Shown: positions 40,482-55,316, counted from the stretch's first letter. The stretch: DNA of 64,000 bases from an uncultured delta proteobacterium (GCA_963745025.1 CAVUWD010000011.1:576001-640000); one strand, 5' to 3'. Numbers and translations are program-made. The notes: generated by a model not told the origin, from the sequence alone.

Positions 40482-40904
40482 ATGCGTGAAAAGCAGACAA
40501 GGGTCCGAAGCAGGCGACGGGAAGCACCCTTCAACCCCGCTGAGATGCTGAGCGGGGCCCTTGATGCGTTTCGGCTCTCGCCCGGTGAGGTTTTATTTCG
40601 CGAGGGCGAGCAGGGTGAGCTCATGTACGTCGTGCTCGAAGGGCGTGTGGACATCCTCGTCGGGGACAGCGTGGTCGAGACCGCGAACGAGGGAGGCATC
40701 GTCGGCGAAATGACCCTCATCGACGACGCCCCACGAGCAGCATCCGTGATCGCGAACACGGGGTGCCGCCTCGTTGGAATCGATCGAAAGCGCTTTCACT
40801 TGCTTGTAGAGAGCAATCCGGCGTTTTCGACTCATGTGATGAAAATTCTGGCCAACCGGCTGCGGCATATGAACCGGCTATACCTCGCCTCACTGAAGCG
40901 CTGA
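40482..40904 (+). CDS. stand-alone cyclic nucleotide-binding domain protein
   Basis: GEVLFREGEQGELMYVVLEGRV and GEMTLIDDAPRAASV. Confidence 0.88.
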   Translation: MREKQTRVRSRRREAPFNPAEMLSGALDAFRLSPGEVLFREGEQGELMYVVLEGRVDILVGDSVVETANEGGIVGEMTLIDDAPRAASVIANTGCRLVGIDRKRFHLLVESNPAFSTHVMKILANRLRHMNRLYLASLKR

Positions 40905-41200
40905 GCTCATCCTCCCCGAAGAGGCCGAGCTTCCTGGCGGGGCTTTTTTCGCGAGCGCGCTACCGGCCTTGGAGCTGGACTTTCCGCGCCAGGGAAGCAC
41001 GAATCGGCAATCTAGCTTTCGGGCGTTTGTCGCGGCTATCCTCCCGGCGAATGGTCATGGAATCCCAGCGGTGATTCCCGAAGAGGTCCGCACCGTGCTC
41101 GCTGCGAAAAGACTCACGGCGAAAGAGTTTGCAGGAGCAACCAACTCCACCTACGGACGAGGATTTCGAGTGAGACGAAGTGCTGCTAGTTGGGGGTGGT

Positions 41201-41345
41201 TCACTCCACCTGATGCGCGGCTCGAAAACGCCCCGCCTCGTCCAGCGCGGCTCGGAACGCTACCGCCGTCACTAGGCCTATCCCGGGAGCCGTGCAGAGA
41301 CGACGTGCCACTTCATCCTCCCTCACTCGCTTGGCGATCCGGTCG
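41201..41345 (-). mobile_element. IS110/IS116 transposase internal fragment
   Basis: DEVARRLCTAPGIGLVTAVAFRAALDEAGRF is a Transposase_20-type motif. Confidence 0.68.
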
Positions 41346-41499
41346 TGCGCATATTCCTGAATCGGCGAAAAGGTCGAGAAACCGCAGTGGCTCACCCTTC
41401 GTGACACTGAGAACGTGCCCTTGAGACCAACAATACCGGTACGGATCGAAGCGAAAAACGGAGGCACGCGAAGCGGTCAGCGTGGGTCCCGGTCCCGCC

Positions 41500-41669
41500 C
41501 CGTGAAATCTCATAGCCAGTTCGCGGATCCGTGACATCTCGCGGAGCCATCAGTGAGGCGAAGGCTTTAGAAAACTGGCAGAACTGGCGGAGAAAACACC
41601 TAACACCTTGACTTAATTCAGAAAATCCTGAGTCGTGCGCTGTCCATAGTGCAGGGCACGCCGTCTGCT
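41500..41669 (+). promoter_or_regulatory. sigma54 promoter module: two UAS-like sites, IHF-like site, -24/-12 box
   Basis: CCGTGAAATCTCATAG (41500) and CCGTGACATCTCGCGG (41529); AGTCAAGGTGTTA on the minus strand (41601-41613); GGGCACGCCGTCTGCT (41654-41669). Confidence 0.62.
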
Positions 41670-41680
41670 TTACCCTCACC

Positions 41681-41941
41681 GTGCTCAGGATCACGAAAAT
41701 TCGAGAGACCCGCACGGGTTCGGAATTGCTCGTCGAGGGTAGTCTGACAGAGGCTTCCGCGCCCGATCTAGTCGCCATCTGCGCGCCCGATTTGACTGCG
41801 GGGCGCCAGGTACTCCTGGATCTCTCCGGCCTCCGATTTGCCAATGCCACCGGCTTGAGCGCGCTGCGAGCGCTGCTCGGGCGGGGCGCGGTGCCCTCGC
41901 GCTGCACTGATTTCGTCAAATGTCTGCTCGAAGCGAAGTGA
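41681..41941 (+). CDS. STAS-domain-like small protein
   Basis: LLVEGSL..VLLDLSGLRFANATGLSALRAL. Confidence 0.7.
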   Translation: MLRITKIRETRTGSELLVEGSLTEASAPDLVAICAPDLTAGRQVLLDLSGLRFANATGLSALRALLGRGAVPSRCTDFVKCLLEAK

Positions 41942-41950
41942 GGACGAACG

Positions 41951-42574
41951 ATGGAAGCGCATGCTCAGACGGTTCGCGAACACCAGCACGCGTGGAGCGG
42001 AGAATCCGAGCTGGTCGCGCGATTGCGCGTCGGCGAGGAGGAGGCCTTTGCCGCGCTAGTCAAGCTCCACGGAGGACGGCTTCTCGCCACCGCGCGGCGG
42101 CTTCTCCGCGACGAGAGCGAGGCCGAGGATGCGGTTCAGAAGACCTTCCTCTCCGCCTTTCAAGCCGTCGACGGCTTCAGCGGGAACTCCCAGCTGTCGA
42201 CGTGGCTGCATAGCATCGTCGTCAATCATGCGCTGATGAAGCTCCGCTCGGAGCGCCGCCACCCAGAGCAGCGGTTCGACGAGCTGCTGCCGCAGTTCGA
42301 CGAGGACGGGCACCGGAGCGGGCCGGTTCGCGATTGGGACGCCTCCTGCGAGTCGAAGCTCAGCCAACACGAGACTCGTCTCGCCGTTCGCCGGGCGATC
42401 GATCGCCTTCCACCGGGTTACCGCAGTGTGATTCTGCTCCGGGACATCGAGGAGTGGGATACCAACGAAACGGCGGAGGCGATGGGGATCACCGCCGCGG
42501 CGGTGAAAATCCGCCTACACCGCGCTCGCCAGGCGCTGCGCACCCTGCTCGAACCGACCTTCGCGGATGCGTAA
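41951..42574 (+). CDS. ECF RNA polymerase sigma factor
   Basis: EAEDAVQKTFL, STWLHSIVVN, IDRLPPGYRSVILLRDIE, AVKIRLHRARQAL. Confidence 0.95.
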   Translation: MEAHAQTVREHQHAWSGESELVARLRVGEEEAFAALVKLHGGRLLATARRLLRDESEAEDAVQKTFLSAFQAVDGFSGNSQLSTWLHSIVVNHALMKLRSERRHPEQRFDELLPQFDEDGHRSGPVRDWDASCESKLSQHETRLAVRRAIDRLPPGYRSVILLRDIEEWDTNETAEAMGITAAAVKIRLHRARQALRTLLEPTFADA

Positions 42575-42588
42575 GGTCAATCGAGACT

Positions 42589-42834
42589 CTAGCGTCTTGG
42601 CCGACGCGCCTCGAGAATCGCCTCGACGAGCTCCGCGGGGACCTCGTCGGTCACCGGCTTGTCCGGGTCCGTGAAGGCGGCTTTGGCGGCGCGGATCGTC
42701 AGACGATAGCTTTCGAGATATCGCCGGCAGGGCGGACAAGCGACGAGGTGTTCGTCGAACTCCGCACCTTTGCTCGGGATCAGCTCCCCGGACAAGTAAT
42801 CGCTGATGAAGTCGTTCAGCTCACGACAGGTCAT
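42589..42834 (-). CDS. soluble zinc-finger (zf-HC2) anti-sigma factor
   Basis: MTCRELNDFISDYLSGEL..EHLVACPPCRRYL (HxxxCxxC). Confidence 0.9.
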   Translation of the reverse strand: MTCRELNDFISDYLSGELIPSKGAEFDEHLVACPPCRRYLESYRLTIRAAKAAFTDPDKPVTDEVPAELVEAILEARRPRR

Positions 42835-42850
42835 CGGGTTCTCTGGCGAC

Positions 42851-43963
42851 TCAAGCAAACCGGATCACGTTCTTGATGCCGCTTGCCTTGCCGAGCAGCA
42901 GGTCCTGATAGGCGGCAGTCGGGTAGCGGCCGGTGATCAAGCCGCGCACCGCCTCCGGCCACCGCCGCATGAAGATCCCGAGATCGCGGATCGCCGCCTC
43001 GAACGTCTCGCGGCCGGCGTTCACCGTGCCGAAGACCATCTGATTCTTGAGCACCAGGTTGCGCATGATCCGATCCGTGTCGACCTCGATCGGCGCCTTC
43101 CGTCCCGGCACGCCGGTGAACACGAAGACGCCGTTGGTGCCGAGCACATTCATCACCTCGAAGGAAACCTGCGACGCGCCCGTCGCCTCGTATACGACGT
43201 CGACGTTGCCGATCCTCTCCGGCAGCGACTCGATCGGCGCCTCGGCGGCCGAGAGGTAGCGCGCGCCGATCGACTTGACGAGATCGGCCTTGGGGTTCGG
43301 CTCCGGCTCGCGGGAATAGACCGTGGCTTGGAAGCCTTCCACAACGAGGGCCATGGCGCCGAGGAGACCGACCGGCCCCGCGCCGAGCACGAGCGCGCGA
43401 TGGCAGTGGCCCGCCGGCTCGCCGGGGTGTGCGGGGCAGGTCCAGGGCAGTCGCTGCTGCACCGCGCGGATCTGAGCCAGCGCCTTCTCGGCGATCGTCA
43501 GCGGCTCGACCAGTACTGCGACGTCGCGGAGCTCGCGAGGCACAGGGTTCATGTAGCGATCGTCGTCGACGATCACCTCGGTCATAAAGCCATGCGCTTC
43601 CTTGATTCCGCGTTCTTGGAAGTCGCCAGTGTAGCAGAAGTCCTGCCTGTTGGCCTGGCAGGCGACGCAATGAGCGTGCGGGCATGGGCGGCGCACCATC
43701 GGGACCACCAGGTCTCCGGGCCGCACGCGTGACGCCCGCGGGCCGACCTCGACGACCTCGCCGAGCGATTCGTGACCGATGACCAGTTCGTCCGAGCTCG
43801 GCGGCGGGGTGCCGTATTCGAAAGCACAGATCTCGCGGTCGGTGCCGCAGACGCCGACCTCGAGGATACGGACCTTCACTTGGCTCGGATCCGTGATCTT
43901 CGGTTCGGGGTGATCGACTAAATCGACGCGACGTCGATCGGGGGTGACGGCAATGGCTTTCAT
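42851..43963 (-). CDS. Zn-dependent (MDR family) glucose 1-dehydrogenase
   Basis: VGVCGTDREI, GHESLG, VRRPC..C..C..DFC, ERGIKEAHGFM, LVEPLTIAEKA, GAGPVG. Confidence 0.9.
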   Translation of the reverse strand: MKAIAVTPDRRRVDLVDHPEPKITDPSQVKVRILEVGVCGTDREICAFEYGTPPPSSDELVIGHESLGEVVEVGPRASRVRPGDLVVPMVRRPCPHAHCVACQANRQDFCYTGDFQERGIKEAHGFMTEVIVDDDRYMNPVPRELRDVAVLVEPLTIAEKALAQIRAVQQRLPWTCPAHPGEPAGHCHRALVLGAGPVGLLGAMALVVEGFQATVYSREPEPNPKADLVKSIGARYLSAAEAPIESLPERIGNVDVVYEATGASQVSFEVMNVLGTNGVFVFTGVPGRKAPIEVDTDRIMRNLVLKNQMVFGTVNAGRETFEAAIRDLGIFMRRWPEAVRGLITGRYPTAAYQDLLLGKASGIKNVIRFA

Positions 43964-43971
43964 GCCCTTTG

Positions 43972-43997
43972 GGATGCCGATCTCGCCCGCAAGTTAC
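43972..43997 (-). promoter_or_regulatory. ECF-type promoter (gdh / anti-sigma operon)
   Basis: GTAAC-N16-CATCC, 8 nt before the ATG. Confidence 0.62.
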
Positions 43998-44171
43998 GCG
44001 GAGGCAGTTTGCCCCGAAACTCTCCCCCCTGAGCGGCATCGGCGACGACACCGGGCGGATCTGCGGCGGCGATCGCGGCTGCAGTGAGCCATGAAGCGAG
44101 CGCGAGAAGACGGAGTCTCATTTGGATCGTTCCTCCCGCGCGTTTCGATGCCGCACGGCGCCGGCGGTTTC

Positions 44172-44312
44172 TCAGCGCGCCATGAAGTTTTCGGAGATGA
44201 TCTCGAACCAATCGAGCGCCGGCCAGTGCTCGAGGACATAGCCGTAATGCTCGCGCCGGAGCCCGATCCCGCACCCGAGCCGAGGAAACGGCGAGATCGC
44301 CGGCGCCGTCAT
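44172..44312 (-). pseudogene. DUF692 (MNIO, BufB-like) N-terminal fragment
   Basis: [26 protein letters not shown], then a stop. Confidence 0.8.
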
Positions 44313-44397
44313 CCGCTCGATGACACCGGCATTTGACGGGGCGTGGGGTGGGGAGGGCGCCGGGCGAGAGTCGTGCCCGGCGCCCAGCGGGGTATTC

Positions 44398-44658
44398 TCA
44401 ATCTTTGACCGTGCCACCCTTGTCCGTGCATTCCTTGGCCGAAGAGACCTTCGTCAAGCCCTGGCCCTTGCAGGCGTTCTTGCCGGCGCACTCGTGACCC
44501 GCGCCCGCGCACGCGCCGTGTCCCTTACAGGCGTTGATGCCGGTGCACTTCACCTCTTTCGCCTCGCTCTTGCCTTCGTCGGCCGCCCGCGCCGCATTTG
44601 CCACGAACAAGCCGGCAACCACCGCCGCGATCAGCGCTCCCTTCAACGGACTCTTCAT
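44398..44658 (-). CDS. bufferin-type (BufA2-like) Cys-rich secreted RiPP precursor
   Basis: Signal peptide, then [32 protein letters not shown]; followed by a DUF692 fragment. Confidence 0.82.
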   Translation of the reverse strand: MKSPLKGALIAAVVAGLFVANAARAADEGKSEAKEVKCTGINACKGHGACAGAGHECAGKNACKGQGLTKVSSAKECTDKGGTVKD

Positions 44659-44719
44659 TTCGATCCTCCTCGTTGAATTTTCGGTCCGCGGCTTCCGCGC
44701 GGACCGGTTCTATGGCCTT

Positions 44720-44746
44720 GGATGCCCAAGACCACACATCGGATAC
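44720..44746 (-). promoter_or_regulatory. ECF-type promoter (bufA-like gene)
   Basis: GTATC-N17-CATCC. Confidence 0.55.
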
Positions 44747-44800
44747 ATTCTTAGGGTGCGTTGCCCGGATTCCTTTCGGATGAAACTGCCGCGCGGTGAG

Positions 44801-44996
44801 CGCCTTTCGGCCAGGCACGCCCGTGAAGACGAACACCCCGTTGGTGCCGAGCACCTTCATGACCTCGAAGGAGACGCGCGAGGCGACGTAGCGCACGCCG
44901 ATCGACTTCACGAGATCGGCCTTCGGGCTGGGCTCGGGCTCGCGCGAATAGACGTGCGTGACGAATCCATCGGCGGCGAGCACCATGGCGCCGAGC
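44801..44996 (-). pseudogene. internally deleted duplicate fragment of glucose dehydrogenase
   Basis: LGAMVLAADGFVTHVYSREPEPSPKADLVKSIGVRYV/ASRVSFEVMKVLGTNGVFVFTGVPGRKA matches the 42851..43963 product. Confidence 0.85.
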
Positions 44997-45126
44997 ATGC
45001 TCGTTGCCGAGCAGGACGCCACGCCGTGGCCAGCATCCGGCCGCATTCGCGGCGTACCAGTGCTGCGAACGCCTCCTCGTCGCCGCGTCGCAGCCCGTCG
45101 ATCAGCTCGTCCTGGACCGCCGAACC

Positions 45127-45163
45127 ATCTTGGCCGCGAAATCTTGGCCGCGAAATTCTGCGG
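45127..45163. repeat. 14-bp direct repeat (ATCTTGGCCGCGAA)x2, UAS-like, just after the activator gene
   Basis: Read directly; the half-site CCGCGAAAT resembles CCGTGAAAT at 41500. Confidence 0.6.
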
Positions 45164-45165
45164 AT

Positions 45166-47112
<1,947 letters not shown>

Positions 47113-47169
47113 CTTCGTCCATGATGGCACATCGGGACGGCGGTCGACCACGGAGGCTGGGGCCCCAGC

Positions 47170-49954
<2,785 letters not shown>

Positions 49955-49975
49955 GTTGCGATTCCTATCAGTCGC

Positions 49976-51616
49976 CTAGTGTAGGAAGTTTCCGGCGACG
50001 ACTTGCTCTCCCGCATTCGACCGTGTGCGAGCGTCCATCACCGCCTCGAAATTTCGGCGCAGCTCGGGAAGGGCAGCGACCAGCGCAGCGAATTCCCGTT
50101 TCGGCAGGCTGAGCGCGGTCATCGCTTCCGTGCAGCGGATGGTCGCGCCCCGCACGGTCTCGTTGAGCAATGCCATCTCGCCGAAGAACTGGCCGGCACC
50201 GAGCTCGGCGAGCCGAATCCCCGGCCCGCCTTCTTCGCGCACTGCCTCGGCCTTGCCGCTTTGGATGATGTAGATCCGGTCGCCGAGGTCGCCCTGGCGG
50301 AAGACTTCCTGACCCGGCTCGAAGTGCTCCTTGGAGACTCCCGCGGAGCCAGTGAACTTGAGCTCGATGAGCTCGGGTGGCAGCAAGAGGTCGAGCGTCC
50401 AGGAAGTCGCCACCTTGAGCCGGCGCCCCCATCCCGGGAGCTTCATTAGGTAGATCGTTCGCCACATCCACCAGGCGAGAAAGCCCGAGATGTTGAAGCC
50501 GAAAATCTCGGCGACGGCGGAGCGGTGCCCGAGCGAGCCCATCTTGCCGAGACCTTTGAAGTCGAAGGTGCTAGGCTCGCCGCCGCGGATTGCGGCGACG
50601 ATGTTATGGGCCGCCGCTCGTGCTTGGCGGATCGCGTGCTGGGCGGTTGGGGGCGAGAAGCCTCCCTCCGGCGCCGGCACCTGGGCGCAGTCACCGAGCG
50701 CCCAGACGTCTTGTCGTCCCTCGACGCGTAGGCAACGATCGGCGATGAGCCGTCCGTTCTTCGTCTTAGGAAGCGCGAGCGCCTCGATCAGCGGATGCGG
50801 CGAGCTCGGTACCGTCGACACGAGCGTACGGGTCGGGATGCGCTCGCCGCCCGCGAGCACCGCCTCTTCGCCGGTCGCCGCTTCGAGCCTGGTGTTGAGC
50901 CGGATCTCAACGCCCCGCTTGGCAAGGATCTTCTGCGCGAAGCGGCCGAGCTTCTCGGTGACCTCCGGCAGAATGCGGTCCTGGGAGTGGACCAGCACGA
51001 CGCGGATCTCTTTCGGGTCGAGGCCGCGGTAGTTGCGTGCCACCCGGCGTACGAAATCGTTGAGCTCGGCCGCGACCTCCACGCCGGAGAATCCGCCGCC
51101 GGCGACGACGAAGGTGAGGAGCTGGCGGCGGAGCATGGGATCGTCGTCCTCGATCGCTGCCTCCTCGAGAGCGCGAATGACGCGACTGCGCAGCAGCAGC
51201 GCGTCGGCGAGGTTTTTGAAGGGCATCGCGTGCTCGGGAAGCCCGCGCAGGCCGCGGAAGTCGGTGACGTTGCCGAGCGCGAGGACGAGGTGATCGTACT
51301 CGATGGCGTGCGGGTGTGGGCGGAATCCCGGGCTGGTCATCACCACCTTGCGCGCGAGGTCGATCGATTGCACATCGCGCACGTGGATCGCTGTGCGCGG
51401 CAGGAGCCGGCGGAGAGGGCTCACGGTGTCGGTGAGGCCGATCGAACTCGAGACCACCTCGGCCAGCATCGGCTGGAAGACGAAGTAGTTCTCCTTGGCT
51501 ACGAGGGCGATCTCGAAGTCGTCGCGGCGCCCGAGCGCCTTCTCTAGGGACTGTGCGGCGTAGACCCCCGCAAACCCACCACCGAGAATCAGGACACGCT
51601 TGCGAATGGAGCTCAT
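49976..51616 (-). CDS. type II NADH dehydrogenase-like flavoprotein fused to a C-terminal cNMP-binding domain
   Basis: [34 protein letters not shown]; then [35 protein letters not shown]. Confidence 0.9.
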   Translation of the reverse strand: MSSIRKRVLILGGGFAGVYAAQSLEKALGRRDDFEIALVAKENYFVFQPMLAEVVSSSIGLTDTVSPLRRLLPRTAIHVRDVQSIDLARKVVMTSPGFRPHPHAIEYDHLVLALGNVTDFRGLRGLPEHAMPFKNLADALLLRSRVIRALEEAAIEDDDPMLRRQLLTFVVAGGGFSGVEVAAELNDFVRRVARNYRGLDPKEIRVVLVHSQDRILPEVTEKLGRFAQKILAKRGVEIRLNTRLEAATGEEAVLAGGERIPTRTLVSTVPSSPHPLIEALALPKTKNGRLIADRCLRVEGRQDVWALGDCAQVPAPEGGFSPPTAQHAIRQARAAAHNIVAAIRGGEPSTFDFKGLGKMGSLGHRSAVAEIFGFNISGFLAWWMWRTIYLMKLPGWGRRLKVATSWTLDLLLPPELIELKFTGSAGVSKEHFEPGQEVFRQGDLGDRIYIIQSGKAEAVREEGGPGIRLAELGAGQFFGEMALLNETVRGATIRCTEAMTALSLPKREFAALVAALPELRRNFEAVMDARTRSNAGEQVVAGNFLH

Positions 51617-51648
51617 GCTGGGTTGGATGCCGCTCCGCTCGTCCCGTT

Positions 51649-51972
51649 TCAGGCTGAGAGCCGCATCCTCGCAAGCGCCCGAAGACCGCCACTTTGCTCG
51701 AAGCCGAGCTCGATCCGAAGCTCTTCGGCATCGTCGACCAGCTGCTCGAGTGGCAACGTCTCGAGCAGTGGCCGGCCCGAGCCGCCGTTGCCGCGATGGT
51801 CGTAGTAGACCAGTCGGAGCACGTCGCCGAGCGGATCGAGCCACTCCCGGAACTGCGTGTGATCGACGCCGAGCCCTCCGTGCATCACCAGGCAGGGTGT
51901 TCCCGCGCCCATCTCGACGTAGCGGAGGCGCGTGCCGTTCACTTCGGCGTAGCGAATCTCAACCTCGTTCAT
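51649..51972 (-). pseudogene. alpha/beta hydrolase N-terminal fragment
   Basis: VMHGGLG and YYDHRGNGGS; ends just before the nucleophile GxSxG motif. Confidence 0.72.
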
Positions 51973-53003
51973 GGCTCGGTCAACTGCATGACGTGGCCAT
52001 CGGGATCGCCGACGCCGACGGCGCGGTGGAAGCCGAGCTCTCCCCCGGGGGTCTCGACCTTTCCAGGCGAGACGAGCGTTCGCCCGCGAAGCGCGCTTGC
52101 CACGCGCGAGGCGTCGCCGGTCACGAGGCGGGTCTGCCAGTGCGCGAGGTCGTTGGCACGGAGGTCGGAAGGCGCCGGGCGGCCGTCGCGTGGCGCCATG
52201 TACTCGAGGAGCTCAATGCCGGGGCCTGCCGCCGCGCGCAGGCCGGTGATGCGCAGGCGAGCGCCGAACACGTTGTTCAGGTGCTCCTGCTCGGTTCCGA
52301 AGTTCTCGCTCTCCCCGGCGACACGGAAGCCTAGCGTGTCGCGGTAGAAGCCGAGGCTCCGCTCGGTGTCGGCGACAACGATCGCCGTGTGATCGATGCC
52401 GAGGAAGAGTTGGTCAGTCTTGCGGTGCCACTTCTCGGCGCCCTTGTCAGGCGGGAATTGCAATATCTCGAGCGGATGGCCGTCGGGGTCCTTGAAGTAG
52501 AAGGCGCGAATGCCGGCGGCGTTCGGAATCGTCTTCGGCAGGAGCTGCGGGCCGGAGGAGGCATATTCGACCTTGTGCTCACGCAGATGCTCGTAGGCGC
52601 GATCCATGTCGGAGACGATGATCGCCACGTGCTGGAACCAGCGGTCGTTGCTTCGCGAGTCGGGAGGGATCGGCCGCCCGCGCGGGGCGAGGTACTCGGT
52701 GAGCTCGAGCGACTCGTCGCCGAGCCGCATGCCGACGACGCGCATGCGCAGGCCGAACACGCCCTCGAGATGCTCGTAGTCGGGGCCCGCGAGCTCGACG
52801 TCCGAGACCTTCTCGAACGTCAGCACGTTGGAGAAGAAGTCGACCGAGCGATCCATGTCCGACACGGTCATGCCGACGACGCCGACGCCACTGACGAGCG
52901 CCGGACCAACCGCACCCTCACCCCACGCCAGCCCACCGCCGGCGACCGGCGTCAGGAGCAAAAGCACGGGCAGCAGCCGAAGCAGAGCGAGCCTACGGAT
53001 CAT
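51969..53003 (-). CDS. secreted two-domain VOC/glyoxalase family protein
   Basis: MTVSDMDRSVDFF, FQHVAIIVSDM, AFYFKDPDGHPLE, GIDHTAIVV, DPDGH. Confidence 0.9.
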   Translation of the reverse strand: MIRRLALLRLLPVLLLLTPVAGGGLAWGEGAVGPALVSGVGVVGMTVSDMDRSVDFFSNVLTFEKVSDVELAGPDYEHLEGVFGLRMRVVGMRLGDESLELTEYLAPRGRPIPPDSRSNDRWFQHVAIIVSDMDRAYEHLREHKVEYASSGPQLLPKTIPNAAGIRAFYFKDPDGHPLEILQFPPDKGAEKWHRKTDQLFLGIDHTAIVVADTERSLGFYRDTLGFRVAGESENFGTEQEHLNNVFGARLRITGLRAAAGPGIELLEYMAPRDGRPAPSDLRANDLAHWQTRLVTGDASRVASALRGRTLVSPGKVETPGGELGFHRAVGVGDPDGHVMQLTEP

Positions 53004-53204
53004 GGCCCTTGGATGCAGCGGGGCGGCTTCGGTTTCCGCGCCAACGCCGAGCAAGCGCTCGCGCCGCTTCGAGAAGGCGGTATAGGATGTTGTCTGTGAA
53101 GCTCGGATTGCGCGTGAGCGCCAGATGATCGCCGACGCTGAACGTGGCGCTGCAGGCCACGATCAAGGGCGAAATCGCGACCGAGCCAACGCTGAGGAGG
53201 ACGT

Positions 53205-53527
53205 ACCCCACTTGATTACGGGAACGCCGCCGCGCCGGCTCGGGCGGCGGAAGATGGCGGCCGTGCGCGCCTTGCCGATGCCCACCTCCACGCTGGCGAC
53301 CTGCGTGTCGTCGAGCCGGTAGACGACGATCGGGTAACCGCCGTCGTCGACCACGACGATGACCACAGTCGAACCGCGCTTCTTGGCCTCGACTTCGGCC
53401 GCGGCAACGATCTTCCGCGCCGACTCGAACGTCAACACCTTCTTGAGGGTCTGGCGGCCGCGGATTGGGTTCCGAACGTCAGCGAGAGAACCAGAGCGGG
53501 GAAGACGAGCAGAGCGCGTGTCGTCAT
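53205..53527 (-). pseudogene. GlcG/HbpS heme-binding protein, frameshifted and internally deleted
   Basis: Signal peptide from ATG 53527; IVVVDDGG..RLDDTQVASVEVGIGKARTAAIFRRPS joined directly to GGVPVI. Confidence 0.75.
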
Positions 53528-53539
53528 CGAGGGTCCCTC

Positions 53540-55111
53540 TCAGCCGAGCCGCTCGGCGATCCGGTCGGCGACACGGAGCGCGTTGGCGACGATGGTCAGC
53601 GCCGGATTCACCGCCGCGCTCGAGGGGAAGAAGCTCCCGTCGACGACGTAGAGGTTGTCGAGCTCGTGCGCCTTGCAGCTCGGGTCCAGCGCCGAGGTTT
53701 TCGGATCGTGGCCGAAGCGGACGGTGCCGTTCTGATGCGCCACGCCCGCCAGCGGGATGCGTTGGCCGAGGAAGAGATTGCGGGAGAAGAGGCCCTGGTG
53801 ACATTCGTGTCCGTGCTCGCGGCACTTCGTCTGCTGCTTCAGCAGGCTTTCGAGCTTGGCGATCAGCCGCTTGTGCCCCTCCTCGTTGTTCGGCTGGTAG
53901 CTGAGGACGATGTTGCCCTCGCGGTCGAGGGTCACCCGGTTCTGCGGATCAGGCAGATCTTCGGAAGTAAGCCAGAAGTCGAGCGAGTGCTTGGCCATCA
54001 AGTCGAGCGTGAAGCCGGGAGCGAGCGCCGGTGCTCCCGCTTTGAGGGTGACGCCGTCGAGCTTGCCGACGAATGAAATGTGTCCCATCGGGTGAGGCCA
54101 TTCAGGCGAGCCGAAATAGAAGTCGTTGAGCGCTAGCGTCTTCTGAAAGACTGTCGGATTCGGACACTTGGAGACGGCCATGAGCACGGAGTTGACGTGT
54201 CCCATGTAGTGGCGGCCGACGACGTCAGAGCCGTTGGCGAGGCCGCGGGGATGCTTCTCGTTCGTCGAGCGGAGCAATAGCGCCGCCGAGTTGATCGCAC
54301 CGGCGGAGACGACGACGATGTTCGCCGAGTAGGTCTCCGTCACTCCCTCGCGGCGGACCACGACCTCGGTCACCTCTCGGCCCGAAGCGCTGGTCTCGAG
54401 CCGCTCGACGGTTGCATTGGTCGCGAGACTCACGTTCGGGTGCTCGAGCGCCGGGTCGACGCACAGCACCTGGGCGTCGGCTTTGGCGTAGACGAGACAG
54501 GGAAAGCCGTCGCAGGTGTCGCACCGAATGCACTTGCTCGCGCGGCTGTTCTTCTCGTCGAGCTGTATACCGAGCGGCACATGGAACGGCCTGAGACCCT
54601 GCTTCGCGAAGTCGTCCGCGAGCTGCTGGATGCGCGGTTCGTGGCTGATCGGCGGGTGCGGGTAGGGCCCGCTCGCGGGGGGATCCACGGGATCGACGCC
54701 GCGCTCCCCGTGCACGTGGTACAAGCGCTCCGCCTCTAGATAGTAGGGCTCGAGCTCATCATAGGAAATCGGCCACGCCGGGGAGATGCCGCCGTGGTGA
54801 CGGACCTCACCGAAGTCTGCCTGGCGCAAGCGGAACAGAGCCGCACCGTAGAACTTGGTATTGCCGCCGACATAGTAGTTCGTGTGCGGATGGAGCGGCT
54901 TCCCATCCGCGTCGCGCCAGACCTCTTTGGTCTGATAGTGCCCCTCCACGTTCACGGCGCGGGAATTCCAGTTCTCCTTCTCCCGCGGCACGTAGTCCCC
55001 TCGCTCCAGGATGAAGATGCGCTTCCCGCTCGACGCCAGCCGGTGGGCGAGAGTTCCGCCCCCTGCCCCGCTGCCGATGATGATGACGTCGTAATGATTG
55101 TTGGCTGACAT
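53540..55111 (-). CDS. GMC family oxidoreductase
   Basis: YDVIIIGSGAGGG, VGGNTKFYGA, CIRCDTCDGFPC, AHQNGTVRFG, VNPALTI. Confidence 0.94.
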   Translation of the reverse strand: MSANNHYDVIIIGSGAGGGTLAHRLASSGKRIFILERGDYVPREKENWNSRAVNVEGHYQTKEVWRDADGKPLHPHTNYYVGGNTKFYGAALFRLRQADFGEVRHHGGISPAWPISYDELEPYYLEAERLYHVHGERGVDPVDPPASGPYPHPPISHEPRIQQLADDFAKQGLRPFHVPLGIQLDEKNSRASKCIRCDTCDGFPCLVYAKADAQVLCVDPALEHPNVSLATNATVERLETSASGREVTEVVVRREGVTETYSANIVVVSAGAINSAALLLRSTNEKHPRGLANGSDVVGRHYMGHVNSVLMAVSKCPNPTVFQKTLALNDFYFGSPEWPHPMGHISFVGKLDGVTLKAGAPALAPGFTLDLMAKHSLDFWLTSEDLPDPQNRVTLDREGNIVLSYQPNNEEGHKRLIAKLESLLKQQTKCREHGHECHQGLFSRNLFLGQRIPLAGVAHQNGTVRFGHDPKTSALDPSCKAHELDNLYVVDGSFFPSSAAVNPALTIVANALRVADRIAERLG

Positions 55112-55131
55112 CGGAGTTCTCCTGCTCGGCT

Positions 55132-55308
55132 TCAGATCGGAGGCTCGAGGATCGACCACGGGAAGTCCGGCCCGACTTCGCCCGGAGACTCCATTGGCGT
55201 GATCCGCTCGAGCAAAGCGCCAACATTCTCGACGAGTAGCAGGATGACAACGAGCCACGCCGCCCCGATCAGGCGTCCCCGCCGTTGATTCGTTCGAGTC
55301 TCTCGCAT
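55132..55308 (-). CDS. 58-aa single-TM hypothetical protein, first gene of the GMC operon
   Basis: MRETRTNQRRGRLIGAAWLVVILLLVENV..; the ATG lies 8 nt after an ECF -10 box, as at gdh. Confidence 0.5.
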   Translation of the reverse strand: MRETRTNQRRGRLIGAAWLVVILLLVENVGALLERITPMESPGEVGPDFPWSILEPPI

Positions 55309-55316
55309 GCCGGTTT

